DNA of 64,000 bases from Callorhinchus milii (Eukaryota), in contig NW_024704742.1 in NCBI RefSeq assembly GCF_018977255.1, positions 119,104,001-119,168,000 on the forward strand, read 5' to 3'. Position numbers and translations under genes: made by a program. Below the pieces are notes generated by a model. The model worked only from the letters and a program-made list of their open reading frames with translations. It had not been told where the DNA came from and did not search any database. This document shows, one piece after another, positions 1 through 13,689 of this stretch (its first letter is position 1; every line of letters begins with the position of its first letter).

Positions 1-109
1 TGATGTTTGAAAGGTGCTATATAAATGCAATTTGTTGTTGTTGTTGTAAGAAAGATGGAAATTAAAGAAGAAAATACAATGTAATACAGAAACTTAGTGC
101 AGAAGTTTG

Positions 110-570
110 CAGGCAGTTATGATGGAGTGGTGAATGAGTGGGCAGAAGTATGACAAATGCGATATAATGTAGCCAAATGTGAGGGGTTGGAAATATAAAC
201 ATTAAATGTTGATGGGAATCTTAGATAGGGTGGACAGAGATAGATTATTTCTGGGAGTCAGGGGGTCTGGAAATACAGGGCACAGTTCCAGAATCAGAAC
301 TGGGAAGACCAGAATGGAGATAAGGAAAACCTTTTCACACAGAGAGTGATGGGAGTGTGGAATTCTCTATCCACAGTCAGTTTTTGGGGTGCGACCATGT
401 GCACTTCCAAAAGAAAACTAGACACGTGGTTAAGAGAAGGAATAAACGAAGGATATGGGAAAAAGCCAGAATGTGGGACTGGGGATAGGATCTAGGATTA
501 GCACTCGATAAACACCAGCCTGACAGGATGGGCCCAAAGGCCTGTTTCTGAGCTGTATCATTTATGAACA
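110..570 (+). mobile_element. Degraded CR1 LINE 3' fragment
   Basis: CR1-type motifs 'ttttcacacagagagtgatgggagtgtggaattctct' and 3' end 'atgggcccaaaggcctgtttctgagctgtatc'; no long ORF. Confidence 0.75.
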
Positions 571-599
571 TAAGAATCTAAAAGTTCTTGAGGGAATAG

Positions 600-1385
600 A
601 TGAACAAAAGGAACTTCAGTGTGCTAGTAAACAAATCACTAAAAACTAGCACATGGAGAGATATAGAGAGCCATCGGCAAGGAAATGGAATGCTGGGAGT
701 CCTTGCTAAAGGAATAATTTATATTAATCCCTGCATTTGATATAGCGCCTTATCATGTCATTGAGATGTTTCAAGCGTTTCACAGGATATACTATAAAGT
801 GGATTGACTGTCGAACTGTGGCAGCTAGTTTGTGCACAGCAGTGTCCCACAAACAGCCATAGAGTAAGTGACCAATTTTATTTTTGGGGATTGTTGGCCA
901 GGAGAAACTCTCTTCTTTTTCTGAATAGTACCACGGGATCTTTAACATCCACCTGAGCAGGCAATTTACAAGCAAAGAGGGATTGTTGAGGTTTTACAAG
1001 GCACTGATGAGACTGCACTAGTTCAATTTAGGGCACCTCAGTACAGAAAGGATATATTGTCTTTGGAGAGATGCAGCATAGGTTCTTTGGACTGATACCA
1101 CAGAACCAGGGAAGTGGGAGAGGCTATTTGATCAAAGTGTTTAGAATTACGAAGGGAGCAATGAGTATTTCTTCCCAAAATTGGGTCCATCAGTTACTAG
1201 AAAACATAACCTCAAAATTGGGGCAAAACAGGTTAGAAACAAGATGCAGAACATTTTTCTGCTCATTGAGTAATGAGAATCTGGAACATACTGCCCCAGA
1301 AAGCCATAGATGAGAAACAGTTGAGGGAATTAAGAGCGAGATGGATAGATACTTAGAGGTTAAAATATTAAGGAAGTATGGCATT
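600..1385 (+). mobile_element. CR1 ORF2 C-terminal remnants, interrupted by a minus-strand Deu-SINE fragment (~722-965)
   Basis: 'ggcacctcagtacagaaaggatatattgtctttggagagatgcagcataggttc' resembles CR1 W.P..RKDI..LE.VQRRF; SINE tail and Deu core at 722-965. Confidence 0.65.
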
Positions 1386-1620
1386 AACAGTAGACGTTCG
1401 TGTGCTCCAGACAGATCTGTTGATGGACCATGAGGCCAGATTTGAGCCACATGCATTCAGCAGCAAGTGGCTTGTATTTTAGAGATTGGAGGTGGCTGTT
1501 GTACCAAGGAGACTTGCAAGGGTAAGAGATGGTTTGCGATGTGTTAGAAGCGAGAGTGTGGAGCAAGGCAGCAAAAGAACGATGCAGAAGGTCCTACAGA
1601 AGAGGTAAGGTCAAGGCATG
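1385..1620 (-). mobile_element. L2 ORF2 internal remnant (region between endonuclease and RT)
   Basis: ORF track SPWYNSHLQSLK...WLKSGLMVHQQI is homologous to the L2 piece at 22030-22490. Confidence 0.65.
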
Positions 1621-2074
1621 TAATATATATATAACGAACACACTCTGACATGGAAACACAGGTATTAAAAGAAAACTCTATCCTCCAAAACAACGCATAA
1701 TAAATGCACAGAGCCATTCTCTGATGCCTGAGGGATGGGGCTTGTTTTCAAACCATTCTTCATTGCTATGCTATAGTAAAGAGCGTTCATGCTGACAAAG
1801 CAGCTGATTCTTTTCCACAGCTTGTATTTTCACAGCTCTGGCAACACAACAGTGCAAATGCAACTCTTAAAAATGATAAATTACTGTTAATATTTTGAAA
1901 GTTGCAAGAGTTCAGCATTTATATCCAACATGCTGTTGTACACAGGTGAGAGAACTGGCTGTGGCAGGCAAACTGGCTTGATGCTAGCTGAACATAGCCG
2001 GCCACAGTCATGATGACTCATGCAATGCTATGGGTTTCTTCAACGTTTGGGAAACTGACCTATGTCACCTTACA

Positions 2075-2350
2075 TTAGCTCAGTTAGTAGAGCTCTGACT
2101 CAGGGTCAGTAGGTTGTAAGTTTAAGACTTGTATATTAAGTCTTGAGTTCCTAGTCTAGACTGATACACCAATTCAGTACCAGGGAAGACTGCAATACTG
2201 GTGGTTCCGTTTTTCATTAAACAAAGCCCGTGTTCAGGTTGGTATTAAAGATTTTGTGACTGAATTTGCAAAGAGAAGGGAGTCTCTGCCAGGCCAGATG
2301 AGTTAGTCATTTACCTTATGGTTGTACAGTATGTGTGGGACCTTGCTAAT
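2075..2350 (+). mobile_element. Old Deu-domain tRNA-SINE, degraded
   Basis: Head 'tagctcagttagtagagctctgactcagggtcagtaggttgtaagtttaag' followed by Deu-like core. Confidence 0.6.
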
Positions 2351-2379
2351 GCAAGTCCCAATTATCACTGTTACCTCTT

Positions 2380-2685
2380 GCTACTGCCTCGGCCACTCCC
2401 TCTGCTTAACAAACAGCGGATGCTTCACATTCCCTGCCTGATCTGCAATGGGCAAACTTTCAGATGTTCAGCTGCTTCTCTCTGGAACTCCATTCCAGAA
2501 TTTCTCTATCTTGTCTGCTTCCATTCCACCATTTAAAACCCGCTTTAAAACTTACCTTTTCGCTGGGTTTTCGGGCACCTCCTCCCTCATTCCTCCCTCC
2601 TAGCTCAGGCTCCCGGTCAACTGTGTGAAGTGCTTTGAGTCCTCCTGATGTGAAAGGCACAATATAAATGTAAATTGTTGCTGTT
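2380..2685 (+). mobile_element. L2 3' end fragment
   Basis: 'ctctggaactccattcc' ... 'gtgaaaggcacaatataaatgtaaattgttg' L2-type tail. Confidence 0.7.
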
Positions 2686-4994
2686 TTTCCTGGCACTAGC
2701 CTTTTCAACACTAACCCTTTATTGATGCTAAACCCAATGTAGATCCCTGCTAAGCTCACCAGTCTATGAGAAGAGAAACATTACTATCTGACATTCTTTT
2801 TAAGATCTGGCATAATAGTGAATTTAAGAATTTTCCAAACGCCTGCATGATCTTAAATTTTAAGGCAATGGCCTTAAGGCAAAGTCTATGCTGAATTACT
2901 AGATTCAGACTTGTAGCACATGATTTTTCTAACTCCTTTAGTGTGTTCTCGGAACTAAAACCATAGAGCCCTACATGAAACCTACAGCACAGAAGAAAGC
3001 TATACGACCCATCGTGTCTGTACTGTCTCTTTTAAGAGCAATCCTATCAGTCCCATTTACCTGCCCTTTCCCATACCCCTCCAGTTTACTTCATTGATTG
3101 TGACCAGAGAATATGTGCACTTTGCAATTCCTCAGAACAGCGAAATGTCTTGTTTCACTGACATGAAAGACGGGAATGTTCCGCTGAAGTTCACTTCTCA
3201 GGAAAATAAAATCTTTGCTAACACGTTTCAGCTCGAGGCGAGATTTATCGCCCGCTTTTATTGGCATTGTTTGACTCAGAATAAAGAGTCATGCAGGTTC
3301 GATAAATCAGCAAGTGACTCCAGTTTACTGAATCCTAGTAATTCTCTATGTGAGCACCCCAACTCAGTCGGTGCATCATATACGAGTGAATCCTAGTGTT
3401 ACATAGTGTTGGGAATTCTAAAGTGTTTTCCTGATGAAATTAAAATTGATCTTGTGGTGAAAAATTACCATGCGACCATTGCGAATATTTTTCATTGCCA
3501 ATTATACCCTTTTGATTGATGATTTAATTTTGGTACTCGATGTTTAGTGGGTCTTCCTTTATCAGTGCTGATTTTGAGTTACTATGCATACGTGACATTT
3601 TAAAATCTGGGCCAAAAATCTAAGCAGCGAGTAACAGGAGATGTGAAGTATAATCCATATCAATACCATTAGGATGATGTAATTTCGAAAGATAGTAAAA
3701 CAAGTCATTTATCCTGTTTATTAAAATCTGCTAAGTTGCAAAATATGTAGAAACACATAAATGTTTTTAATCTGTCACCATGGCAATAAGTTTAAGAGCT
3801 AATTGATTCCATTTTGTTATCTTAAAGTGATGGAAGATTTTAATATAACGGGGTTTTGTTGTAAGATCGTGGATCACCCTCTTCATTGTTACCCGAAATT
3901 GCCAATAACATTTGCAAGGAAATTAGATACTCATTTGTCCTGTTTTAATTAAAACAAATGGCCCAGGGCAGTGGAGTTGATAGCACTTGGGTTAAGAATG
4001 AAGCAGATACGTAATCGCTGCAGGTTGAATTAATGCATTCAATGCAGTTGAATGCAGGTGTATTTGTTCCCCGTTCTGTTGGGAAATATTCAGTTCAACA
4101 CTTGAGTATGAAATCCCACAATGAGCTAAAGCACAGAGCAGCAACCTGGTGCTTGTGTGTGTTGACTGCTTTGACATCTGTTCGGAAGGTCCCTTGTTTG
4201 AGTCTTGTGCTTGTTTTCCACTCCAGTGCACTTGCCTAAGTTGGATGGCTTATGTCGGTTTCTAATCAGGCTGTTAGCTGTAATGCCATGCAATGATGAG
4301 GAATTCCTTGGAGGAGGGAGGGAATAAGATTTTGCTGGCTTGATTTAAAGCACTCCTCCTACTTGTTTGTTGATCATAAAGTTGTGTAAGAAAACCGTGG
4401 AGAAATGTGGAATGGCGAGAGGAGGAAGAAGGCAGAGGTAACAACTTGGATTAGAACCCTGAATTAGAACCCTCAATTTTCCCACTATATTCAAGATCAG
4501 ACTAGCTCAGTTCATACCTGAAGATCTTCCTCTTTACTGTGCTTGAGCCCACCCCCCTCTTTCCCGGCCTGGTGTCAAACTCCTAGACTATACTCTGCCT
4601 GAAGGGTGCTGTGTAAATGCAATTTGTTGTTGTTGCACACACAGTCACTGCACTTTACAATATATCCTGCACTTTACAATATGACCCAAAGTGTTGGGGC
4701 ATCCTTCCGACCCAAAAGGCCTTATACCAAATGCAAGGATTATTATTCATACTGACGCCAATTGTAGTGCTCACAATTGCTGACCCTGCTGACATCAGAA
4801 GGGGGAGTGGGGAGTTTCTCCCAGGGTCCTGCGCAACAATCTCTGATCTTCCAGATAAAATTGGTAATTCACTGCAAGGTTTTTTGTAGGACATTTCAAT
4901 GCATAAATTAGCTGTTACGTCTGTCTGCAAATACAGTCATTATACTTTACAGTAAATCCTGTGAAGCGCTTTAAGCTTTTTCAACAACATGATA

Positions 4995-5375
4995 ATACAA
5001 TACAAAATACAATACAAAATGACACTTGTATAGCGCCTTTCATGTTGGGAGGGTGTCCCAAGGCACTGGATAGTCAGGGATTTGGATCTGTGTTGCGGGG
5101 AGGGGGTCGAGATTGGGGACTGTGGAGGGCAGGAGGGTGATCGAAGGCACGGTCGAAGAGGAGAATCTTGAAGGAGTCAAGGGAGGGAGGGAGGCAGAGG
5201 AATTGTGGGATGGAGTTCCAGAGGGTGGGGCAGAGAGACTGAAGGCTCACCCACCAATGATGGACCAGGCAAGGTGAGGGACGCTGAGCGGAGGGAATGG
5301 ACAGGTTGGTAGGGGATTAGGAGGTCACAGAGGTAGGGAGGAGCGAGGCCGTGGAGGGCTTTGATGGGGAGGACC
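4995..5375 (-). mobile_element. L2 3' end fragment
   Basis: Translated KALHGLAPPYLCDLLIPYQPVHSLRSAS is the typical L2 ORF2 C-terminus; 3'UTR and tail follow. Confidence 0.85.
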
Positions 5376-6099
5376 AATACTAAATGCAAGTCTTCTTCTT
5401 ATTATGTTATTAGAGTTTAAATCACTCTAAGGAAGTAGCTTCTCAACGGTTTTAAGTGATGGGTCAGCCAGACCAATAACACTGGCATGCTACATATGAA
5501 TGAATGCTATTTTTCTTTGTATTTGAGCTTCTTAAAATAGCCGCTTTTTGCAGGAGATTGATGTTTTGTTCCCCAGGTATATTGTCAAGCTATTTTTAAA
5601 TAATCTTAATAACAGTCCCAGTTGCACCAATGATTAAAGGAACTATGTTTGTTTTACATTGCCACATTCATCTGCATTCAATTTGTAGATCGATATATAA
5701 TGTTATTATTATTATCTTGCCTCCCATCGTGTCCATTCTGAAACTGAAGCTTCACCAAAAGTAGCACATTATGATTTCTTGTTAAAGCTGAACTTTGGCA
5801 GTCTTATTCAAGTCATTTAGATCATTCCTGTTCTCTAGCTTAATTGGGAGATTTGACTTCCCAGGAAGTTGGTTCTTGCCTATAGTGCCAGCGTATTTGC
5901 TGGAGGAAACATAGTCATATGTAATTTGAAGAGTTCTTCCAAAGGCTGAACCAGCCTAGTGCTGTCAAAGTGGAGATTTGTTGTGGCTTTTTTCTTTGCC
6001 TTTATGGGGGTGGGGGTCATTTTAACAAATGGAAAATTTGCTAGGCTTATATAACAGTGTCAGCTTTCAATATTTCTGGGTTGTTAAGATGATTAATTT

Positions 6100-6470
6100 G
6101 CCTGGTTTAATGTGTGCTTAATATCAGACAAAAATAAGACAGTTTACACTTGTTGGTCAGTCCAAACTGAGGGGATCTAACAAGGAGGAACGTCTTCATG
6201 CAGAGGGTGGTGAGAATGTAGAAGTTACTGCTGGACGCTGTGGTTGAAGCAAAAATCATCGGAAAGTATTTAAGTGGAAACTTGATGAGGGAGAAGGGAA
6301 CAGCAGGGTATAGAAGAGGGGAATAGGAGTTGCAGGTGTTCATGTGGTGTTTAAACCTTGAGACATCTCAATGATGTGATAAGGCACTATATCAAATGCA
6401 AGGATTATTATTATTAACAACAGACTAGTTGTACCAAATGAACTGTTTTGTGCGGTATCATTCCATGTAA
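6100..6470 (+). mobile_element. CR1 3' fragment with a SINE tail inserted (~6358-6416)
   Basis: 'aggaacgtcttcatgcagagggtggtgagaatgt' and 3' end 'gactagttgtaccaaatgaactgttttgtg', both similar to 10975-11450. Confidence 0.7.
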
Positions 6471-6944
6471 CTCTTTGCAACTATGAAGCTGCCAATTCCA
6501 TGAGTTTTGTTGATACCTCAAGCAGATGTTTCCCAAACTTACCTCTAAAATTTGCCAAACACCTGCTGAAGGCTAAATCTAATTTGGTCAAAATATCTGC
6601 TTTCTAGCTCTGTGACTCACTCTAAATATTCCAGAACTATAAATATTAGCAGTAGCAATACGCAGACCTTAAATGTATTGATACTTCTGCTTAATTTAGC
6701 TTAATGTATTTTTAAAGTATTTGCAGTGTCAGTGAGTCATACGTGGCGCTAGAAAGTTAAATAAAATCTCCAAGAAGCATGAAGTAGAGAATATCAGAGC
6801 TGTGAAGAACAGTTTACTGAAAAGCATGCAGACAGTTAAAAACCCAGGGACACGATCAGAATCCAGGAAGAGTTTAAGAAAGATCTGTATTAGTCTCACC
6901 ATATTCAACATATGCATCAAAACCAAGTCATAAAACAACCTACA

Positions 6945-7200
6945 ATAATCCTTGCATTTGATAATAGCACCTTTCACTTCGGGTGTACGTCTTAAATGCT
7001 ACACAGAATACAGTGTGAAGTGTAGTGACTGTGTGTTTTATAGGCAAATGAGGCATCCAATTAGCGCACAGAATGTTCCACAAACAGCTATGAAGTGAAT
7101 AACCAGTTTTATTTGGGAGATTGTTGGCCAGGACACTGGGAGAAATTCCCTTGCTTTTTGATTAGTGCCATGGAATCTCTAACATCCACTTGAACAGGCA
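6945..7200 (-). mobile_element. Deu-SINE 3' half
   Basis: Tail 'ataatccttgcatttgat' and core 'attgttggccaggacactgggagaaa'. Confidence 0.75.
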
Positions 7201-8690
7201 GAGTCATCTCCACTGGCTCCCCTTCCCCCAGCAGTTCCAATTCAATATCCTGGTTCTCTAAATCACACTAAGACTTTCTCACAATATGAAATGTGCTTTA
7301 TCAAACACAAGGATTATTATTATATATTGTTTTCTGACATGGTTTGCTGCATATGTTGAATGTGGTAAGATTAATACAGATCTTTCTCAAAACTACGCCT
7401 GATTCTCTATTCTGCTCACATTCCTGGGTCTTTGACTATCTGCGTGTTTCTCAGTAAGCTGTTCTTCATAGCTCTGACCATTCTCCAAAGTTGTTTAAAT
7501 CACTGTACAGCCACCCCACCTCTGTGACTTCCTGGAACTCTTTCACCCGGCCGCTCTCTCTGCTTAACTGCTTCATGTCACCTATATAATCCACCCCAAT
7601 ATCTGTGGGCGAGCTTTCAGCCTCCGCTCTCTGGAAGTTTATCCCAGAATAACTCCCCACCTTTAAAGCCCAACTAAAGCTCTACCTTTTTAACTGTTCA
7701 TAAATAGATAATTATTTGGGGAGGTCAAGTTTGCAGGGCTATGGGGAGAGAGCGGGGATTGGGATTTATTTGGTAGCTCTTTTCAAAGAGCCTGCACAGC
7801 CACAATGCGCCAAATATCCTCCTGTGCTGTATAATTCTATGATTCTTTCGGTCACCTTTCTCCCCCCTCCCTTTCCCCTCCTCAACAACCATCCCCCCAG
7901 CTTGAGCTCCTAGTCAGCTGCGTGAAGGCTTTGAGATGATCTCCCGATGTGAAAGGCACTATATAAAGGTATAGTTATTGGTGTTGTCAACGTATGACGA
8001 GGTACACAGCTATGTAAAACTGGCTTGTGATTACATTTGCAAACCCATACTAGCGCAGGTTAATAGTATTTGAATAATTAAACAAAGAACAAAGAGAATA
8101 ATCACTAATGGTCAACAAATCATTGCGACACGTTAAACTTATTGCACTTGGCATGTGACTTGGAAACTGTAGGAAGTAGCAGGGTAAAAGTCATAAAAAG
8201 TAATGATGTCATCCTAAAATGATATAGGTACTTAAAACAGAATTAGTGAAGTATAATGGAATACCTGAAGGTTACAAAACTGAGCTGAATGTCTAATGAT
8301 TCTTTTGCATACATCATCTCCTGATTTAATTTTACTTTGTCTAAGTGTGTGGGTTTTCCTATCAACTTTCAAGGGAACAGTTTTAATTTTTTTTCAAAAA
8401 TTGATATTGTAACACTCCCAAATGTTTTCGCACACAAGTAGCAACTGTATTTCTGATCTTGTTGGAAGAATTTTACTAACCACTTTGAATATTTAAAGCT
8501 TCTGGGTGTAATCCAATTTGGTTCACAATCTCTTTTTTCATTTTATTCAAAAACAATGAGCACTTTTTCAAACTAATATATTTGGATACCTTGGTTATCA
8601 TGTTTAAGTGTACAGATGCATTGCCACTAAACAAGAATACAGCCAGTATGATGTGATTAAAATTTTTATAATGTAATAATATAAAATACA

Positions 8691-9120
8691 TAATAATGTA
8701 ATACTTACATTTGATATAATGCATTTCACATTGGGAGGATGTCTCAAAGTGCTTCACAGGATTTATGTAAAGTGTATTTCTGGGTGAAACAGCAGCCAAT
8801 TTGCACACAACAATATCTCACAAACAGCCAAGAGGTGAATAACCACATTTATCTGGAGGATTGATGGCCAGGACACTGGGAGAAACTCTCTTCTCGTTTT
8901 GAATAGTGCCATGGATTCTTTAACATTCACTTGAACAGGCAGATGGGACCTTGGTTTAATGTCTCATCCGAAGGACGGCATTTCCAACAATGCAACACAT
9001 CCCCAGTGATACATTGGAGTGTCAGCCTCGACTGGGCTCAAAATACCGTTGTGGGGCTTGAATCCACAACCTTCTGATTCAGTGGCGAGAGTGCCTCTAC
9101 ATCTCAAGCCAGGCTGAGCC
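8691..9120 (-). mobile_element. Near full-length Deu-domain tRNA-SINE
   Basis: tRNA-like head, Deu core ('ggtttaatgtctcatccgaaggacggca'), and L2-type tail. Confidence 0.85.
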
Positions 9121-10576
9121 CTATAATATTACTAGTATATACTGTTACACAAGCTCATCACCTTCGGTTTGCATGTGTTGAAAATTATCAGATCCTCTAT
9201 AGGGTCTAATTTTGATATCTATCACAGGGTTGCCACTAGATAGGTTGTGCCTCTGGTGAGACAGTGTAGTTAATCTTTCACAATGATTTTCCTTTCTCAA
9301 AAAAAAGGCTTTTGCCCACAAATGCAATCATTACACTTGAGAATAATTACTGTGGTGTGCTTTTAGATATTTTGACGTGATAAGGCATTATAAAATTGAA
9401 CATGAGGGAGAAAGTATTAGAGGGGAAGGAGGGGTAGCTGCGCATATAATAATAATCCTTACATTTGATATAGTGCCTTATCATGTCGTTGAGATGTCTC
9501 AAAGCACTTCACAGGATATACTGTAAAGTGAATTGACCATATACTTTGTAGGTGAATATGGAGTATAACTACCAGCATGGACTAGTTTGGGCCAAATGGT
9601 CTGGCTCTGTGCTCCACAGTCTGTGTAATCCTATGTAATGTTCCCTTTAGTTTTGTTCCCAGAAACAACATATTCTTGCTCCACTGTTTCCACACCAGCA
9701 TTGCGGTAAGCTACTACGTGCTCCCTTGCAGGAGTGAAATTGTTTGACTAAGCATTACGGAGAGGTTTCACCTGCACAAACAAGTCCTTTAGACAGTAGG
9801 ATTAGTTTGTCCTTGTCTCAGAGGAATTTTCAAGGTGCCTCTGACAAGGTGAAATCTGACAGGACTTTCAGGCTGGCGGGCTTGTCACCTGTGCTTAATA
9901 TTTGTGGTTTGCAAAGCCAGCTTTACTGTCTCAAAAGTCCTCTTATGTGGTATTTCAGTAGTGAGTTTTGTAAAACTTAAGAGACATCTGTCTTTTGATT
10001 CCTGCTGAGCTGCAATGATTTCCTTCACTCTGAGATTGTGCATTCTCACATTGAATGTAAACGAAGGAGAGTCTACGTCTCAAGGCATTGAAGCTCACTC
10101 TCTGTCAGGTTTCTCGCTAAGGTTAGATCGAACCTGCCAGCCATTTTGGCAGGGTTCTGGATAAAGGAATTAGTGTCTTGTTTATTCCTGCTCTTCAGAG
10201 ATGCGGAAGATATGTATATGGTTGTGACATCCTGGACATTCTCCAGCTGGTAGCCACATTGGCTTTCAATTCCAAAGACTTCCATTCACTTTGCTTTAGG
10301 CTACAATATCTGTGGAGCTATAACTGTGGATCTCTTCGAAAAAAAATAATTAATAAATCATCTGTCTTATAAAGTGCAGGATCATAACAAAATAACCCAA
10401 TGTCCTTCATGCAACAGAGTGTAGTAGACAAACGGAGCACCCAATCTGGGCCATCAGTGTGCTATAAACTGAAATTACATCATGGATCGAATTTAATTAG
10501 GTGAAAAATGTGGGTATGGCAAATAATGGAATAATTAAACTGTGATCTGAAATGGTCTTTAATTACTGATGAGTTT

Positions 10577-10970
10577 AATAATAATTCTTGCACATTCATT
10601 TCGCGAGGACGCCTTAAAGCGCTTCACAAGATTTTTACAGTGAAGTGTAGTGACTGTGAATTTATAGGTGAATGCGACAGCAAAGTCCCACACAGCCATA
10701 ATGTGAGTGACCAATTGTAGTTGAGGAATTGCTGGCTGGGACACTAAGAGAATCTCCCTTCTCTTTTTGAATAGTGCTATGGGATCTTTAATGCCCTGTC
10801 TGCATGTTCAGGTGGACATTGGTTTAATGTCTTGTCCAAAGGATAGCACCTCCAACAATGTAGTGCACCTTCATCACAATCAGCTAAGACTATATGACTT
10901 CCAAATCTCGTTGTGGGGCTGGAACTCATAACCTTCTGACTCAGAGGTACCAAATGAGCCAGTCTGACAC
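10577..10970 (-). mobile_element. Near full-length Deu-domain SINE
   Basis: Same modules as 8691-9120; head 'aaccttctgactcagaggtaccaaatgagcc'. Confidence 0.85.
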
Positions 10971-10972
10971 AC

Positions 10973-11450
10973 AAGGATAATCCCAGAACTGAGAGGTTAT
11001 ACCTATCAGGAAAGGCTGAACATGCTTGGACTCTTTTCTCTTGAAAAGAGGAGGGTAAGGGGTGACCTGATAGAGGTCTTTAAAATGATGAACGGTTTTG
11101 ATAGGGTAGACATAGGGAAGATGTTTCCACTTGTGGGGGAGACCAAACAGGGGCCATCAATATAAAATATTCACCAATGGATCAAATAAGGAAGTTAGAA
11201 GAAATTTCTTTACATAGAGTAGTGGGAATGTGGAACATGCTACCACAAGGAGTTGTTGAGGTAAATAGCATAGATGTATTTAAGGGAAAGCTAGATAGGT
11301 ACATGAGGGAGAAAGGAATAGAAGGTTACGCTTGAAGGCTTAGTTGAGGAAGGACAGGAGGAGGCTCATGTGGAGCATAAACACCGGCATAGACCAGTTG
11401 GACCAAATGGCCTGTTTCTGTGCTGTATATTCTAATGTATTCTAATGTAC
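10973..11450 (+). mobile_element. CR1 LINE 3' fragment, well preserved
   Basis: Translates RIIPELRGYTYQERLNMLGLFSLEKRRVRGDLIEVFKMMNGFDRVD (CR1 ORF2 C-terminus); ends in repeated tail 'tattctaatgtattctaatgt'. Confidence 0.92.
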
Positions 11451-11479
11451 TATATACTGGTGGATTAAATATATACTAG

Positions 11480-11890
11480 ACATGAAGGCAAAGGAAATGG
11501 CAAATATATTCTACACAATGATGACAATGGAACACAATTCAGCACAGCAAGCACGATGGGAAAGAGCACTAACCTTTTATAAATTGGGTAACCTTTCGTA
11601 CAACAACTCCAAGGAATCATATCAGTGACAAAACCACAAATTAAATAGAATTATTAGCCAGCATGAAAACCACAGCCCATAAATTAAACACACAGGAAGA
11701 CGTACCAGAGCCTTGCAGAAGATATACTGTAAAGGAAACCACAGCAACACTGGAAACTTGCAAGGCACGACCACACAAAACGAGCTGCAGACTGAACAAA
11801 TGGAAGGAACTTAGGTCAGCAAGATTAAAAAATATTGAGTCCGGCCAAAAGATACAAATTTCTCAAAGAAATAAAAACAACCCTTATGGG
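11480..11890 (+). mobile_element. Possible highly decayed L1/Tx1-like ORF2 C-terminal region
   Basis: A-rich strand; peptide TAHKL...PC....KET..TLETC loosely resembles the LINE C-terminal Cys/His knuckle spacing; weak. Confidence 0.3.
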
Positions 11891-12114
11891 GTCTAGTTTG
11901 TCCATTTGCCAAAGGGATGGGAAGTGCCAATTCCAGTCTCCTAAGATGTCAGCAAGTTCCAGATGTCGCCAGGGTGTAAGAGAGCAGAATGGCTGGCTGT
12001 GGGAGAGGGGAGTGCGGAGGTTGGGTTAATCTCCACCCTATTTCCTTTGGTGGCTTTTGTAAAGCACAATTGGCAACTGCCACACCTTTTGAGATTGTTC
12101 TAATGATGGAAGAA

Positions 12115-12310
12115 GCTGGACTCAATTGATAGCACTCTCACCACTAGTTTTAAAGGTTGTGGATTCAAGGCCCATAGTGTCTTGGTTTCCACTTCAATGC
12201 AGAGAGAGTGCTGCATTCATAGAAATGTCATACTTCGGATGAGACATTAAATTAATGTCCTGTCTGCTTGTTTGTTAGGTGGATGTTAAAGACACTGTTC
12301 GAAAAAAAAG
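12115..12310 (+). mobile_element. Deu-SINE 5' half
   Basis: 'gactcaattgatagcactctcacc...ggttgtggattcaag' and 'cttcggatgagacattaaa'. Confidence 0.75.
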
Positions 12311-12344
12311 GAGGGATGCATAAATATAGCTGCAGCTTACTAAC

Positions 12345-12660
12345 TAGGAGCTCACTGGTTTGAATCCCAGTCCATGTTTGCTGGTCGCAGCTGGCGCTAC
12401 CTGGAGAGGCTGAATTGGCCTTGCTCTGTCTAGGGAGGATGAAATCAGATGGGTTTTATGCTCCTTCAGCACCTTCTTCCGGTAGTGCATGTGTGTGGCA
12501 CCTGGGTGAGGGGAAGTCAAACTTGGATGTGACACCTTCTGCATTCACTGCCAAGTCTCACACACAAACAAAGGTCACTTGGGCTGGGGTCCGAGAGCAA
12601 TCTGCGACTGCATCCCAGTAGGATGATGCCAGACCAGGCAGAGAGGCATATGCCAATGCG
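12345..12660 (+). mobile_element. Ancient SINE-like repeat, third family
   Basis: B-box-like 'ggtttgaatcccag' then 'aattggccttgctctgtctagggagg'; degraded homologues on minus at ~19560-19740, ~41470-41740, ~57540-57720. Confidence 0.55.
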
Positions 12661-13689
12661 GAGAAAATTATAAAAATATTTAGACACACTAAAGTTTTTA
12701 TTAAAGAAAAAAAGAGAAATTTTCTCAAAGTCCCAGCCAACAATCCTCTAATAAATTGTTCACTACATGGCTTTTTACTGAGTGAAAAATAACTACCGCA
12801 TTTGTCTACAAATACACTATCATTACACTTGACAAACATTACCTGTGAAGCAAGCACTTTGAGACATTTCACATTATGTTTGTTAAATGCAAGGATGATT
12901 AATTAGTTCTTCCCTCCCCTTCTGCAAATATCACACATTGGACCACAATACGTTCAGAATATTCACACAATTTATCAGTGTTTCTGGTTATTCACCTCTT
13001 GGTTGTTTGTGGGACATTGCTGTATGCAAATTGGTTGCTGCACTTGTCTACAAAACACATAATCACTAACATCTTAAGTGTATATTGTGTGAAGTGCTTT
13101 GAGACATCCTCCTGACCTGAAAGAAGCTATATAAAATGGAAGGATTACTATTATTATTTTATTGAAGACTGGACTGAAACCAAATGAAACAGAAGAGTCA
13201 CAAGATTTTTTTTTAACTAGGGCGAAAGAAAAATGTGATACAATTTAAACACATGACATTATCTCAAACTTGGCAGCTGAAGAAAATGGGTTTTGCATGC
13301 ACACCAGTGAGAAACAGCAGGTTAAACTGACAAACAAGCAAGGCTGGAACAAGGCAAAACCAATGCAACTGGAACAGATGGTATGGGAACAAAGTCAATG
13401 ACATTTTGGATAAAATGGTAGAAAATGTTTTTTTCAAAATGCATTATGAACAAATTCCCCTCCAGCAACGACAAATCTATTCTGACATACAATTGTGCAG
13501 GGCATTGGCATGAGGGAAGCAACAGGACAAAAAAAAGTGGAGATGTACAATTTAAAAAAATAAATAAAAGATGGACTTAGATAAAATTAACTTTAAATAT
13601 TGGTCTGAGAGGCAAACAAAAGACCAAAACAAGAGAGGACATACAAGACATAAGAAAACAAGTGTGTGAAGGTTAGTAAAAGGGACTTT

